Assembly: GCA_964445715.1 (NCBI GenBank)
Contig: CAYULJ010000003.1
Location: 1-35,195, forward strand
Reading direction: 5' to 3'
Source: an uncultured Planctomycetia bacterium
GTDB taxonomy: Bacteria > Omnitrophota > Gorgyraeia > Gorgyraeales > Gorgyraeaceae
DNA length: 35,195 bases
Below the pieces are notes generated by a model that saw nothing but the letters and a program-made list of their open reading frames with translations, made no database searches and had not been told where the DNA came from. Below, one piece after another: positions 7,803 through 16,282 of the stretch. Within the stretch, counting starts at the first letter, position 1, and each line of letters opens with the position of its first letter. The position numbers were made by a program, and so were the translations under genes.

Positions 7803-8192
7803 ATGCAGAGGATGGGAAAAATATTAATGGCAGCATTATTTTGTGTGTTGTGCGCGGGTGTTTATAGTATTGCTGAAGAGATTACACTTACGACTTATTA
7901 TCCTGCACCCTATGGGAACTATGAAGAACTACAGGCTACGAAATTCGCTGTAGGCTCTACGACGACCATGCCTTTAGGCGATGGCGATTTGACAGCGGAC
8001 GGCACCATACAGGCAAATACTGCATTTAATCTTAATGGTAACAATGGCGTTAGCGAAGTTTATACTGTGGTGACCGGACTACAAATAGTCGGCAATATGC
8101 TACAGCAGCAGACAAGAGATATTACAGCAGAAGGCGGGATAATAACTGATACTGGCACTCCAGTCTGGAGTGATGTAGGACTTATTAATTAA
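7803..8192 (+). CDS. small secreted/exported hypothetical protein
   Basis: 129 aa with an N-terminal hydrophobic signal-like segment (ILMAALFCVLCAGVYSIA), then ITLTTYYPAPYGNYEEL and a Gly/Thr-rich remainder. GGAGG lies 5 nt upstream of the ATG. Confidence 0.6.
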   Translation: MQRMGKILMAALFCVLCAGVYSIAEEITLTTYYPAPYGNYEELQATKFAVGSTTTMPLGDGDLTADGTIQANTAFNLNGNNGVSEVYTVVTGLQIVGNMLQQQTRDITAEGGIITDTGTPVWSDVGLIN

Positions 8193-8224
8193 CATTTCAA
8201 CAATAAATTTATAGAGAGGTACTC

Positions 8225-10288
8225 ATGCGAGTTACTTTGGATTGGTTAAGAGATTATGTTGATGTAAAAGACAGGGCGGAAAATATCCAGGACGCGCTTA
8301 CAATGATAGGGTTGGAGGTCACGTCTAGTATCGATGCAGAAGAAGACCGTGTCATGGATATTGAGATCACTCCAAACAGGCCTGATTGTCTGTCTCTGTT
8401 AGGCGTGGCAAGAGAGCTTGCAGCAGCAAAAAATAAACCCTTAAAGATACCATCGTCCATAAAAAAGTTTTATATGAAAAAAGGCCCGGCACGCGGAGGA
8501 GCAAAGATAAGTGTTTTGGATAAAAAAGCATGCCCTAGATATGCAGGCTGCGTTATAAAAAATGTAAAAGTAGGCCTCTCTCCAAAGTGGCTTGTCGCTA
8601 GATTAAGTGCGATGGGCGTACGCTCGGTAAATAATATAGTCGACATAACAAATTATGTGCTTTTTGAGACAGGGCAGCCGCTTCACGCCTTTGACCTGGA
8701 TAAACTTCAGGGCAAAAAGATAGTGGTTAGAAAGGCCAAAAAGTCCGAGACCATTGTCACTATTGACGGCGTCAGAAGAGAACTAGATCCCAACATGCTG
8801 GTCATCGCAGATGCATTCTTACCTGTTGCCATAGCAGGGATAATGGGCGGGAAAGATACAGAGATATCCGAAGGGACAAAAAATGTTTTATTGGAAAGCG
8901 CATATTTTGATCCAGTATCAATAAGAAAGACTCAACGAAAACTCGGGCTCGCTTCTGAGTCCAGCTACAGATTTGAAAGAGGCGTTGATTTCAGCATGAT
9001 CTTGGCTGCGAGCGCAAGAGCGCAGGGATTGATAAAGGAAATAGCAGGAGGCAGGGTAAAAGGCACAGTCAGTGACGTAGGCGGCAAGAAAATAAAAGAA
9101 AAAGAGGTCGCCTTGTCTTTGGAAGAAATACCAAGGGTTTTGGGCGTCGAGATAGATGCTAAAAAAGTAATCGGTTTTTTGAAAAGACTGGATCTTAAGG
9201 CTACAAAAAAAGCAAAAGGTAAAATTTCGGTAAAGATACCTTCTTACAGAAAGGATTTAGAGAAAGAGATAGATCTGATAGAAGAAGCAGTCAGGCTATA
9301 TGGTTATGAGAACGTGCCTGTAAAGATCCCTATCTTCAAAACCCAAAAGACCTATGAAGAGGAAAAGAAATCGCTTTCATCTCTGAAAAAAGAAGCAAAA
9401 GGAATCCTGTATTCTCTTGGATTGAGCGAGGTCGTGACCTATACCTTGACCTCTAGATTGTCGATAGAGAACATGGGCATGCCTTTTGAAGATCTTGTGC
9501 GGCTACAAAATCCCTTGAGCTCGAACCAGGAGTTTATGAGGCCCAGTCTATTGCCAGAGATGCTGGATGTTTTGAACTGGAATCTCAATAGAAAAAACAC
9601 CTATCTAAAGCTTTTCGAACTGAACAAGATCTACCGAATGAATAAGGACAAAGGCGAGGTAGAGGAAAGATCAAATCTGTCAATCGGTATGTGCGGTGTG
9701 ACCTCTGGGAACTGGAAAGAAAAGCCGAGAGATGTGGATTTTTTTGATCTGAAAGGTGCGATCATCCAGTTTTTGAATTTTTTGGGCGTAAAAGGTTTCG
9801 TGATCGAAAAGTGCGAATCTTTTATATTTACAGATGCAATGTCATGCTGCATAAAAATAGATGGCAATGTAATAGGCAAGTTAGGAGAGGTGAAGCCAGA
9901 CATTGCGAGAAAATTTAACATAAAGCACAAGATATATATGGCTGAGATAGCCTTTGAAGAATTATTAAATTATGTAAAGCTGAGAAAACTATTTAAATCT
10001 CTTGCTCGCTATCCTTCAATAAAGAGAGACATCTCTGTATTGGCGGATGATTCTATTAGTGCCTCCAGTGTATTTGATCTCATAAGAGAAGAGGGGAAAG
10101 ACATCGTGAAGTCTGTGGATGTCTTCGACCTTTATAAGGGCCAGCAGATAGAGCAGGGTAAAAAGAGCTTAGCTTATACAGTAGAATACCGTTCGGACGA
10201 AAAGACTCTTAAGGACGAGGACGTTAGCGATATACATAAGAAAATTCAGGAGGCTTTAGTTAAAAAGTTAGGCGTTCAGATACGATAG
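8225..10288 (+). CDS. pheT: phenylalanine--tRNA ligase beta subunit (lacks the N-terminal OB tRNA-binding domain)
   Basis: 687 aa. N-terminus MRVTLDWLRDYV...GLEV runs directly into ITPNRPDCLS (B3/4 domain). Has a B5 region and a C-terminal FDX-ACB-like end. Confidence 0.9.
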   Translation: MRVTLDWLRDYVDVKDRAENIQDALTMIGLEVTSSIDAEEDRVMDIEITPNRPDCLSLLGVARELAAAKNKPLKIPSSIKKFYMKKGPARGGAKISVLDKKACPRYAGCVIKNVKVGLSPKWLVARLSAMGVRSVNNIVDITNYVLFETGQPLHAFDLDKLQGKKIVVRKAKKSETIVTIDGVRRELDPNMLVIADAFLPVAIAGIMGGKDTEISEGTKNVLLESAYFDPVSIRKTQRKLGLASESSYRFERGVDFSMILAASARAQGLIKEIAGGRVKGTVSDVGGKKIKEKEVALSLEEIPRVLGVEIDAKKVIGFLKRLDLKATKKAKGKISVKIPSYRKDLEKEIDLIEEAVRLYGYENVPVKIPIFKTQKTYEEEKKSLSSLKKEAKGILYSLGLSEVVTYTLTSRLSIENMGMPFEDLVRLQNPLSSNQEFMRPSLLPEMLDVLNWNLNRKNTYLKLFELNKIYRMNKDKGEVEERSNLSIGMCGVTSGNWKEKPRDVDFFDLKGAIIQFLNFLGVKGFVIEKCESFIFTDAMSCCIKIDGNVIGKLGEVKPDIARKFNIKHKIYMAEIAFEELLNYVKLRKLFKSLARYPSIKRDISVLADDSISASSVFDLIREEGKDIVKSVDVFDLYKGQQIEQGKKSLAYTVEYRSDEKTLKDEDVSDIHKKIQEALVKKLGVQIR

Positions 10289-10293
10289 GCTTG

Positions 10294-10334
10294 CTTAAGT
10301 TTACACTTTAACAATGTTAAAGTGTAAACTTAAG
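10294..10334. repeat. 41-bp palindromic element, family A (symmetric T..A form, centre A)
   Basis: cttaagtttacactttaacaatgttaaagtgtaaacttaag. Confidence 0.95.
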
Positions 10335-10364
10335 CACCATGCCCTGCCCGGACTTTTGTTGATA

Positions 10365-10393
10365 TTGATTTATGCTCCTAGGTATGTTATAAT
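10365..10393 (+). promoter_or_regulatory. sigma70-type promoter (TTGATT-N17-TATAAT with TGT extended -10)
   Basis: TTGATT 10365-10370, 17-nt spacer, TATAAT 10388-10393 preceded by TGT. Sits at the head of a 190-nt non-coding stretch. Confidence 0.6.
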
Positions 10394-10399
10394 ATAACT

Positions 10400-10590
10400 A
10401 TCCCTACAGTGTGCGCGTTGGAACAGGGTTTTTTGGACCAACATGATTGATATGGGAGCCTGACTTTAGATGTGGCTGTAAACCTTGTGGTAATAAAAGC
10501 AAGGGAACATTAAACATTTAAGAGGGCACCCACCTTAAAACCGGGTTCAATAAGACATCTTTCAACGCGGCATTAGTGGGGATTTTTTTT
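10400..10590 (+). ncRNA. candidate structured sRNA, 6S RNA-like (ssrS?)
   Basis: About 190 nt with no ORF. The 5' ATCCCTAC pairs with the 3' GTGGGGAT, and CGCGTTG (10414-20) pairs with CAACGCG (10563-69). An apical hairpin CCTTG/CAAGG lies at the midpoint. Ends in T8 (10583-10590). Confidence 0.4.
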
Positions 10591-10598
10591 GGAATGTC

Positions 10599-11906
10599 AT
10601 GCCTGATTTATTTGAATCAACGCGAAAAAAGAATAACAAGAACGTTCCTCTCGCTGTAAGGATGCGGCCCAGGACTTTGAGTGAATTTGTGGGGCAGTCG
10701 CATATACTTGGCGAAGGCAAGCTTTTGCGTCGCGCCATAGACGCGGACAGGATTGCTTCACTTATTTTATACGGCCCTCCTGGAACAGGCAAGACTGCTC
10801 TCGCGCATGTTATCGCAGGTATTACAAAGGCGCATTTCCACGAGATAAACGCAGTGATCTCTAATGTTCAGGAGCTAAGAGATGCTATAAGGGCCTCAAA
10901 GGAGCGCGAGAGGGCAAATGATAAAAAGACAATCCTTTTTATAGATGAGATCCATAGGTTCAACAAGGCGCAGCAGGATGTATTGATGCCTGATGTAGAA
11001 AAGGGCAATCCTGTCTTAATAGGCGCGACAACTCACAATCCGTTTTTTTCATTGGTGTCGCCTTTGATTTCCCGCTCAATAGTTTTTGAATTAAAAAAAC
11101 TCTCAAAAGAAGATGTGATAAAGATTTTGAAAAATGCGGCGAAAGATAAAGAGCGAGGGTTAGGAAAGATTTCTGTTAAAATCAGCGAAGATGTTTTGAG
11201 TTTTCTCGCAGAGGCTTCAGACGGTGATGCGAGAAAGGCGCTTAATGCATTAGAGGTAGGAGTTTTGACTACCAGGCCTGACAAAAAGGGCGCGATAGAT
11301 TTTAATATAAAAATAGCAGAAGAATCTATCCAGAAAAAGTCAGTCGTGTATGACAAGGACGAAGACGGGCATTACGATACGATATCCGCATTTATTAAAA
11401 GCATGCGCGGCTCTGATCCTGATGCGGCTCTCTATTGGCTTGCGAAGATGCTCTACGCAGGAGAGGATCCGAGGTTTATCGCGAGGCGCATCGTGATCTG
11501 CGCCGCAGAGGATGTCGGCAACGCAGACCCGCAGGCGATTGTTGTGGCAAATGCAGCATTTCAGGTGTCTGAGTTTGTCGGAATGCCAGAGTGCAGAATC
11601 CCTCTTGCGCAGGCAGTTTGCTACATCGCATGCGCGCCTAAGAGTAACGCCGTCTACCTTGGTATCGACAAGGCGATGAAAGATGTGGAGGAGTCAAGGA
11701 CATTAGAGGTACCGATTTACCTTAAAGACGCGAGTTATCGCGGCGCAAAAAAATTAGATCATGGTCAGGGCTACAAATATGCTCACCAATACGACGGTCA
11801 TTACGTAGAACAGGACTATATCCCTGAAAAAAGAATATATTACGAGCCTACCGATATCGGTTACGAGAAGAAGATAAAAGAGTATCTGGACAGACTCCGA
11901 AAATAA
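10599..11906 (+). CDS. rarA: replication-associated recombination protein A (RarA/MgsA AAA+ ATPase)
   Basis: Walker A GPPGTGKT, Walker B/sensor FIDEIHRFNK, MgsA C-terminal domain. The TAA stop (11904-11906) lies in the repeat terminus. Confidence 0.9.
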   Translation: MPDLFESTRKKNNKNVPLAVRMRPRTLSEFVGQSHILGEGKLLRRAIDADRIASLILYGPPGTGKTALAHVIAGITKAHFHEINAVISNVQELRDAIRASKERERANDKKTILFIDEIHRFNKAQQDVLMPDVEKGNPVLIGATTHNPFFSLVSPLISRSIVFELKKLSKEDVIKILKNAAKDKERGLGKISVKISEDVLSFLAEASDGDARKALNALEVGVLTTRPDKKGAIDFNIKIAEESIQKKSVVYDKDEDGHYDTISAFIKSMRGSDPDAALYWLAKMLYAGEDPRFIARRIVICAAEDVGNADPQAIVVANAAFQVSEFVGMPECRIPLAQAVCYIACAPKSNAVYLGIDKAMKDVEESRTLEVPIYLKDASYRGAKKLDHGQGYKYAHQYDGHYVEQDYIPEKRIYYEPTDIGYEKKIKEYLDRLRK

Positions 11907-11942
11907 GTTCACACTTTAACAACGTTAAAGTGTGGACTTAAG
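11902..11942. repeat. 41-bp palindromic element, family A (TTCACAC subfamily, degenerate)
   Basis: aataagttcacactttaacaacgttaaagtgtggacttaag. Confidence 0.85.
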
Positions 11943-11955
11943 CGGGCGGATTGTT

Positions 11956-12954
11956 ATGAAGAAAAAAGCAGTTGCGTTATTTTCTGGTGGATTGGATAGT
12001 ATGCTAGCGATAAAGCTTATGCTTGAGCAGGGCATAGATGTCCATGCCTTGAATTTTCTGACCCTGTTTTGCACATGTACCTCTAAAGGCTGCATGCACC
12101 AGGCTACAAAGGCAGCAGGAGAATTGGGTGTACCTTTAAAGGTAATGAATATAACAAAGGAATACATGAAGATAGTCGAGAAACCAAAGCATGGCCGCGG
12201 CAGAAACATGAATCCCTGCATAGATTGTAGGATTTTTACTTTTGTCAAAGCCAGGGATTTTATGAAAGAGATCAGTGCTTCGTTTGTCATAACAGGCGAA
12301 GTGCTGGGAGAAAGGCCAATGTCGCAAAGGAGACAGGCAATAGAGATCATAGAAACAGAGTCAGGCCTGAGCGGGCTTATTGTAAGGCCTTTATCTGCAA
12401 AATTATTTGAGCCAACTGTACCGGAAAAAGAAGGTATTGTGGATAGAGAAAAATTATTGGATATACAAGGCCGCATGCGCACAAAACAGATCAGCCTTGC
12501 AAAAGAAAAAGGCATAAATGACTATCCGTGTCCTGCTGGCGGTTGCCTCCTGACTGATAGAGGTTTTTCCAATAGGCTAAAAGATCTTTTTAAACACAAA
12601 CCAGATTATGATCTAAATGATCTCCATCTTTTAAAGGTAGGAAGGCAGTTCAAGATAAAAGACTCCGCGAAATTAATCGTTGGCCGCGACGAAAAAGAGA
12701 ATGAAAAATTACTCAATTTTTTACAGCCAGGCGATTATGTCCTTGATGTAATCAATATCCCCAGCCCGATTGCTGTAGTTAGGGGAAACATTAATAGCGA
12801 AGAGCTAGAGCTAGTTTCTTCTATTCTAGCAAGATATTCTGACGGAAAAAATAGCAGCGTAAAAGTTTCCTATAAGATTCTCCCTTCAAACGACTCAAAA
12901 TTTCTCACCGCCTCTCCTGCCAAAGAAGACCTTGTCTCTTCCTTGCGAATCTAA
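11956..12954 (+). CDS. PP-loop ATP pyrophosphatase, ThiI/MnmA-like tRNA sulfurtransferase family
   Basis: SGGLDS PP-loop at the N-terminus, PCIDCR cysteine pair, ITGEVLGERPMSQ resembling the ThiI AANH domain. ATG 11956 is chosen because the track's earlier start lies in the repeat. Confidence 0.7.
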   Translation: MKKKAVALFSGGLDSMLAIKLMLEQGIDVHALNFLTLFCTCTSKGCMHQATKAAGELGVPLKVMNITKEYMKIVEKPKHGRGRNMNPCIDCRIFTFVKARDFMKEISASFVITGEVLGERPMSQRRQAIEIIETESGLSGLIVRPLSAKLFEPTVPEKEGIVDREKLLDIQGRMRTKQISLAKEKGINDYPCPAGGCLLTDRGFSNRLKDLFKHKPDYDLNDLHLLKVGRQFKIKDSAKLIVGRDEKENEKLLNFLQPGDYVLDVINIPSPIAVVRGNINSEELELVSSILARYSDGKNSSVKVSYKILPSNDSKFLTASPAKEDLVSSLRI

Positions 12955-12955
12955 T

Positions 12956-12996
12956 CTTAAGTTTACACTTCAACAATGTTAAAGTGTAAACTTAAG
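12956..12996. repeat. 41-bp palindromic element, family A (consensus, C..A form on + strand)
   Basis: cttaagtttacacttcaacaatgttaaagtgtaaacttaag, the exact reverse complement of the 4361 copy. Confidence 0.95.
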
Positions 12997-13092
12997 CCGC
13001 GTATGACTATTTTTTGCTGTTATAAAATAGTGAAATGTCTGCTTTTAAAGCGGGGTATGGTAATATGCTTTCTTTAACTATGGAGGTTAAGC

Positions 13093-13696
13093 ATGCAGGC
13101 ATATTATCCAAAACCCGCACTGGAGCGGGCAATGAAGGTGCAGGCCTGATCAAAAGACAACCCAAGCGCGATACACACCGCAGGAGGCGTCCCCGTAAGC
13201 CCCTTCCGGGCATGATGCTTCACATGGATGGTTCTCCTCATGACTGGTTCAAGGATTCATCAGAATATACAATAGTTACTCTTTATGATGATGCCAATAA
13301 CTATCTTTACGATATAGAGATTGTAAGAGAGGAAGACTCTTTTACATGCATGAACATGATAAAGACCCTCGTCGAGAAGAAAGGCATATTTTGCTCTCTC
13401 TATACAGACAGAGCCAGTCACTTCTTCTTAACAAAAAAAGCGGGAGACGGGGTAGCAAAAGACTCTTTAACTCAGATAGGTAGAGCGCTAGGGGAACTTG
13501 GAATACATCATATCCCTAGTTATTCTCCTCAGGCAAGAGGCAGATCTGAAAGATTAAACCAGACTCTTCAGGGAAGAATTCCACAAGAATTAAGACTTCG
13601 AGACATAAAGACAATAGATGAAGCAAACGGATACCTAAAAGAAAAAGGACTACTACTACATTTAACCAAAAGCGGACATCTTGACATGTTAGCTAC
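13093..13696 (+). pseudogene. decayed DDE (rve-fold) transposase, ISNCY-like; N-terminal DNA-binding region and C-terminus missing
   Basis: DDE-like residues in LHMDGSPHDWF, LYTDRASHF and SPQARGRSERLNQTLQ. No HTH domain, only a 19-codon out-of-frame stub (13093-13149, MQAYYPKPALERAMKVQA). The frame runs out into a half repeat. Confidence 0.65.
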
Positions 13697-13712
13697 AAAG
13701 TGTGAACTTAAG
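13697..13712. repeat. family A half-element (right arm only)
   Basis: aaagtgtgaacttaag with no left arm nearby; abuts the transposase remnant. Confidence 0.8.
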
Positions 13713-13750
13713 CTTGCATGTCGCGATTCTATATGGTATGCTTTGTAAAA

Positions 13751-14347
13751 ATGAAAACTGCAATAAAATTAGTCCAAATTTTTATCACGATTCAAATTGT
13801 ATCCGCAAACCCTGCCTATGGTGTTCAAATAACTGACAGAAATGAATACCTCTATGATGTACGGGATGATGACGGAAATATTTACAGAAATCGCCTCTCG
13901 ATCCATAAAAAATTAGATACCTACGACATAGACATGTCAGGTTTTGGAGAAGTCCAGTGGAATTTCAAGTTAAATGACTGGGAAAAATTAATGTTAGGCG
14001 TGGAGGCCGAGAAAAAACTATTCAGATACTTCTATATAGGTCAATCTTTTCAATTCATATCAGGTCAGATGCTAGACTATATGGTCTTTGACGCGGATTC
14101 TAGATCCATAGACACTACTACAAAAATAGTTTTCAGCTATCCCCTGCTCGAATACCTAGACTTTAAGCTTTTTGAGGAATATTCCATAAATCTCGAGGAA
14201 GGAAGAGATGAATGCAATGAAGTGGGCGCTGAGATTATCTACAACCTAAAGGATTCTTGCTCTTTAGGGGTGGGTTGGCGCCATACTGACAGGATTCACA
14301 ATTTTGACACTGACTACGTAACCTCGTCTATTAAATTACGCTTTTAA
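13751..14347 (+). CDS. hypothetical protein, putative outer-membrane beta-barrel
   Basis: Signal-like N-terminus MKTAIKLVQIFITIQIVSANPAYG, alternating aromatic/hydrophilic pattern, C-terminal ...SSIKLRF (terminal Phe). ATG 13751 is preferred to 13718. Confidence 0.5.
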   Translation: MKTAIKLVQIFITIQIVSANPAYGVQITDRNEYLYDVRDDDGNIYRNRLSIHKKLDTYDIDMSGFGEVQWNFKLNDWEKLMLGVEAEKKLFRYFYIGQSFQFISGQMLDYMVFDADSRSIDTTTKIVFSYPLLEYLDFKLFEEYSINLEEGRDECNEVGAEIIYNLKDSCSLGVGWRHTDRIHNFDTDYVTSSIKLRF

Positions 14348-15457
14348 TCCTGAGAGATACGCCTCGCAACTTCTCTTTGTCTCTGAAATATTATCTCCGC
14401 CAAATTTTTCCAACGCCGCATTTGCTATGACAAAAGCACACACTGCCTCAGCCACGACTCCTGCGCTCGGCACAGCGCACACATCAGACCTTTCTGTAAC
14501 TGCCTTTTTGGCCTCTTTGGTCGCGATGTCTATTGAATTCAACCCCTTCATCAATGTGCTGATCGGTTTCATGTAGCCGCGGATAATTATATTCTCGCCG
14601 TTCGAGACTCCGCCTTCAATGCCGCCTGCGTTATTGGTCTTTCTGTATATGCCTTTGGGCTTGGAATAAAATATCTCGTCGTGCACTTTTGATCCTAATT
14701 TTTTAACTGCCTCGATACCTTCTCCGATCTCAACTGCCTTCACTGCCGGTATAGACATAATGGCAGAAGCAATCATTGCGTCAAGTCTCCGGTCACTCTC
14801 TACATAACTCCCAAGACCTGGCGGCACACCTTCTAGAATCACCTCGAATATGCCCCCTAAAGTATCCTTTTTTTCTTTTGCACTATCTATCTCCTCTATC
14901 ATCAATTTCTCAGAAGCCTTATCAGCGCAATTCAATTTAGACTTAGTCGTATTTTTAATTATCTCGTCAAAACTTAAGCTAGAGGTATGGGCCTTAACGC
15001 CGCCGATCATGACAACGTGGCTTAACATGCGCATCTTTAATTCTTTTAGAAAAATCTTACAGACCGCACCCAGCGCAACCCTCATGGCTGTCTCTCTTGC
15101 AGAGGCCCTCTCAAGGACAGAACGCGCTTCCTTGAAGCCGTATTTCAAAATCCCTGCAAGGTCAGCATGTCCTGGTCTGGGATTTTTGACATCAGGCAAT
15201 TTATCTATGGAGAAATCCTTGTTCTCTATGAGAATGGAAATGGGGCTCCCTATGGTCACGCCACCCCTCAGACCTGAAACTATCTCGGCGCGGTCCTCTT
15301 CTATATTCATCCTGTCGCCTCTGCCATAGCCTTGTTGGCGGCGCTTAAGTTCTTCGTCTATAAAGTCTGCGTCGACTTTTAATGCAGCTGGCATGCCTTC
15401 TAGGATACCAATTAATGCTTCACCATGAGATTCACCTGCAGTCAAATATCGTAACAT
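14336..15457 (-). CDS. aroC: chorismate synthase
   Basis: 373 aa. MLRYLTAGESHGEAL N-terminus, GRGDRMNIEED and RSDVCAVPSAGVV motifs. Confidence 0.92.
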   Translation of the reverse strand: MLRYLTAGESHGEALIGILEGMPAALKVDADFIDEELKRRQQGYGRGDRMNIEEDRAEIVSGLRGGVTIGSPISILIENKDFSIDKLPDVKNPRPGHADLAGILKYGFKEARSVLERASARETAMRVALGAVCKIFLKELKMRMLSHVVMIGGVKAHTSSLSFDEIIKNTTKSKLNCADKASEKLMIEEIDSAKEKKDTLGGIFEVILEGVPPGLGSYVESDRRLDAMIASAIMSIPAVKAVEIGEGIEAVKKLGSKVHDEIFYSKPKGIYRKTNNAGGIEGGVSNGENIIIRGYMKPISTLMKGLNSIDIATKEAKKAVTERSDVCAVPSAGVVAEAVCAFVIANAALEKFGGDNISETKRSCEAYLSGLKA

Positions 15458-15460
15458 AAT

Positions 15461-16231
15461 CTACCTCCCCATTATCCACTTTAATATACTCTGGCCCCAA
15501 ATCATAGCAACGAAGCTGGCCATTGCGATACAAGGCCCATAAGGAATAATATCCTGTTTTTTCCTAAATTTCAAATAAATCCCGGCCGGGGAGCCGAAAA
15601 AAGGAGCGAGAAAGAAAATAAGGATCGCCATTTTCCAGCCCAAAAAAGCCCCCAGCATGGCCATGAGTTTCACATCTCCTCCGCCCATGCTTTCTTTTTT
15701 AAACGCCAGGCTTCCTAAAAATCCAGTCAAATACATCAGTGCCCCGCCTGTAAACACTCCTAATAATGAAGTTATAACTGACGCCTTCCATGTAATGGTA
15801 TGATGGAGCGACGGCACTAAGGCACTGATAAAAATTCCAAAAAATAAACCTCCGATACTAAATCGATCAGGTATAATCTGAAATTCAAAATCGATAAAAG
15901 TTATTGCGATTAAAACAGCTGTCAATAAGCTGTATATATAAAACTTGCCGGAAAATCCAAAATTTAAAAATAGGGTCAAAAACGCCAACGCGCTTATGAG
16001 CTCAACAATAAAATAGCGGGGCGAAATCTTTTGTTTGCAGGATCTGCATTTACCTCTAAGCAGCAGGTAGCTCAAAAAAGGTATATTGTCGTACCACGCT
16101 ATTGTCTTTTTGCAATGCACGCATCTCGAGCGGGAAAAGCCAATGGATTCATTGCGCGGTATCCTGTATATACATACGTTCAGGAAACTCCCGATCACTG
16201 CACCAAAGATAAATATAAATATATGTGTCAT
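15461..16231 (-). CDS. pilD: prepilin peptidase (A24 family)
   Basis: N-terminal CxxC...CxxC (CVHCKK...CRSCKQ), polytopic, GGGDVKL active-site-like motif. Confidence 0.88.
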   Translation of the reverse strand: MTHIFIFIFGAVIGSFLNVCIYRIPRNESIGFSRSRCVHCKKTIAWYDNIPFLSYLLLRGKCRSCKQKISPRYFIVELISALAFLTLFLNFGFSGKFYIYSLLTAVLIAITFIDFEFQIIPDRFSIGGLFFGIFISALVPSLHHTITWKASVITSLLGVFTGGALMYLTGFLGSLAFKKESMGGGDVKLMAMLGAFLGWKMAILIFFLAPFFGSPAGIYLKFRKKQDIIPYGPCIAMASFVAMIWGQSILKWIMGR

Positions 16232-16241
16232 CTCATCCCGT

Positions 16242-16282
16242 CTTAAGTTTACACTTTAACATTGTTGAAGTGTAAACTTAAG
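16242..16282. repeat. 41-bp palindromic element, family A (consensus, T..G form on + strand)
   Basis: cttaagtttacactttaacattgttgaagtgtaaacttaag; overlaps the last 8 codons and the stop of aroE. Confidence 0.95.

Noticed and set aside
10335-10598. Riboswitch or leader regulating rarA
   Set aside because: No riboswitch motif that I recognise is present. The region has its own strong promoter and a terminal T8 run. A stand-alone sRNA is the more economical reading, though a 5' UTR cannot be excluded without transcript data.
13035-13748. Intact 237-aa transposase as given by the ORF track
   Set aside because: The first ~55 residues are low-complexity or Arg-rich with no HTH. The last ~15 are read from a half repeat and spacer. 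Only the central rve core looks genuine, so it is called a pseudogene.
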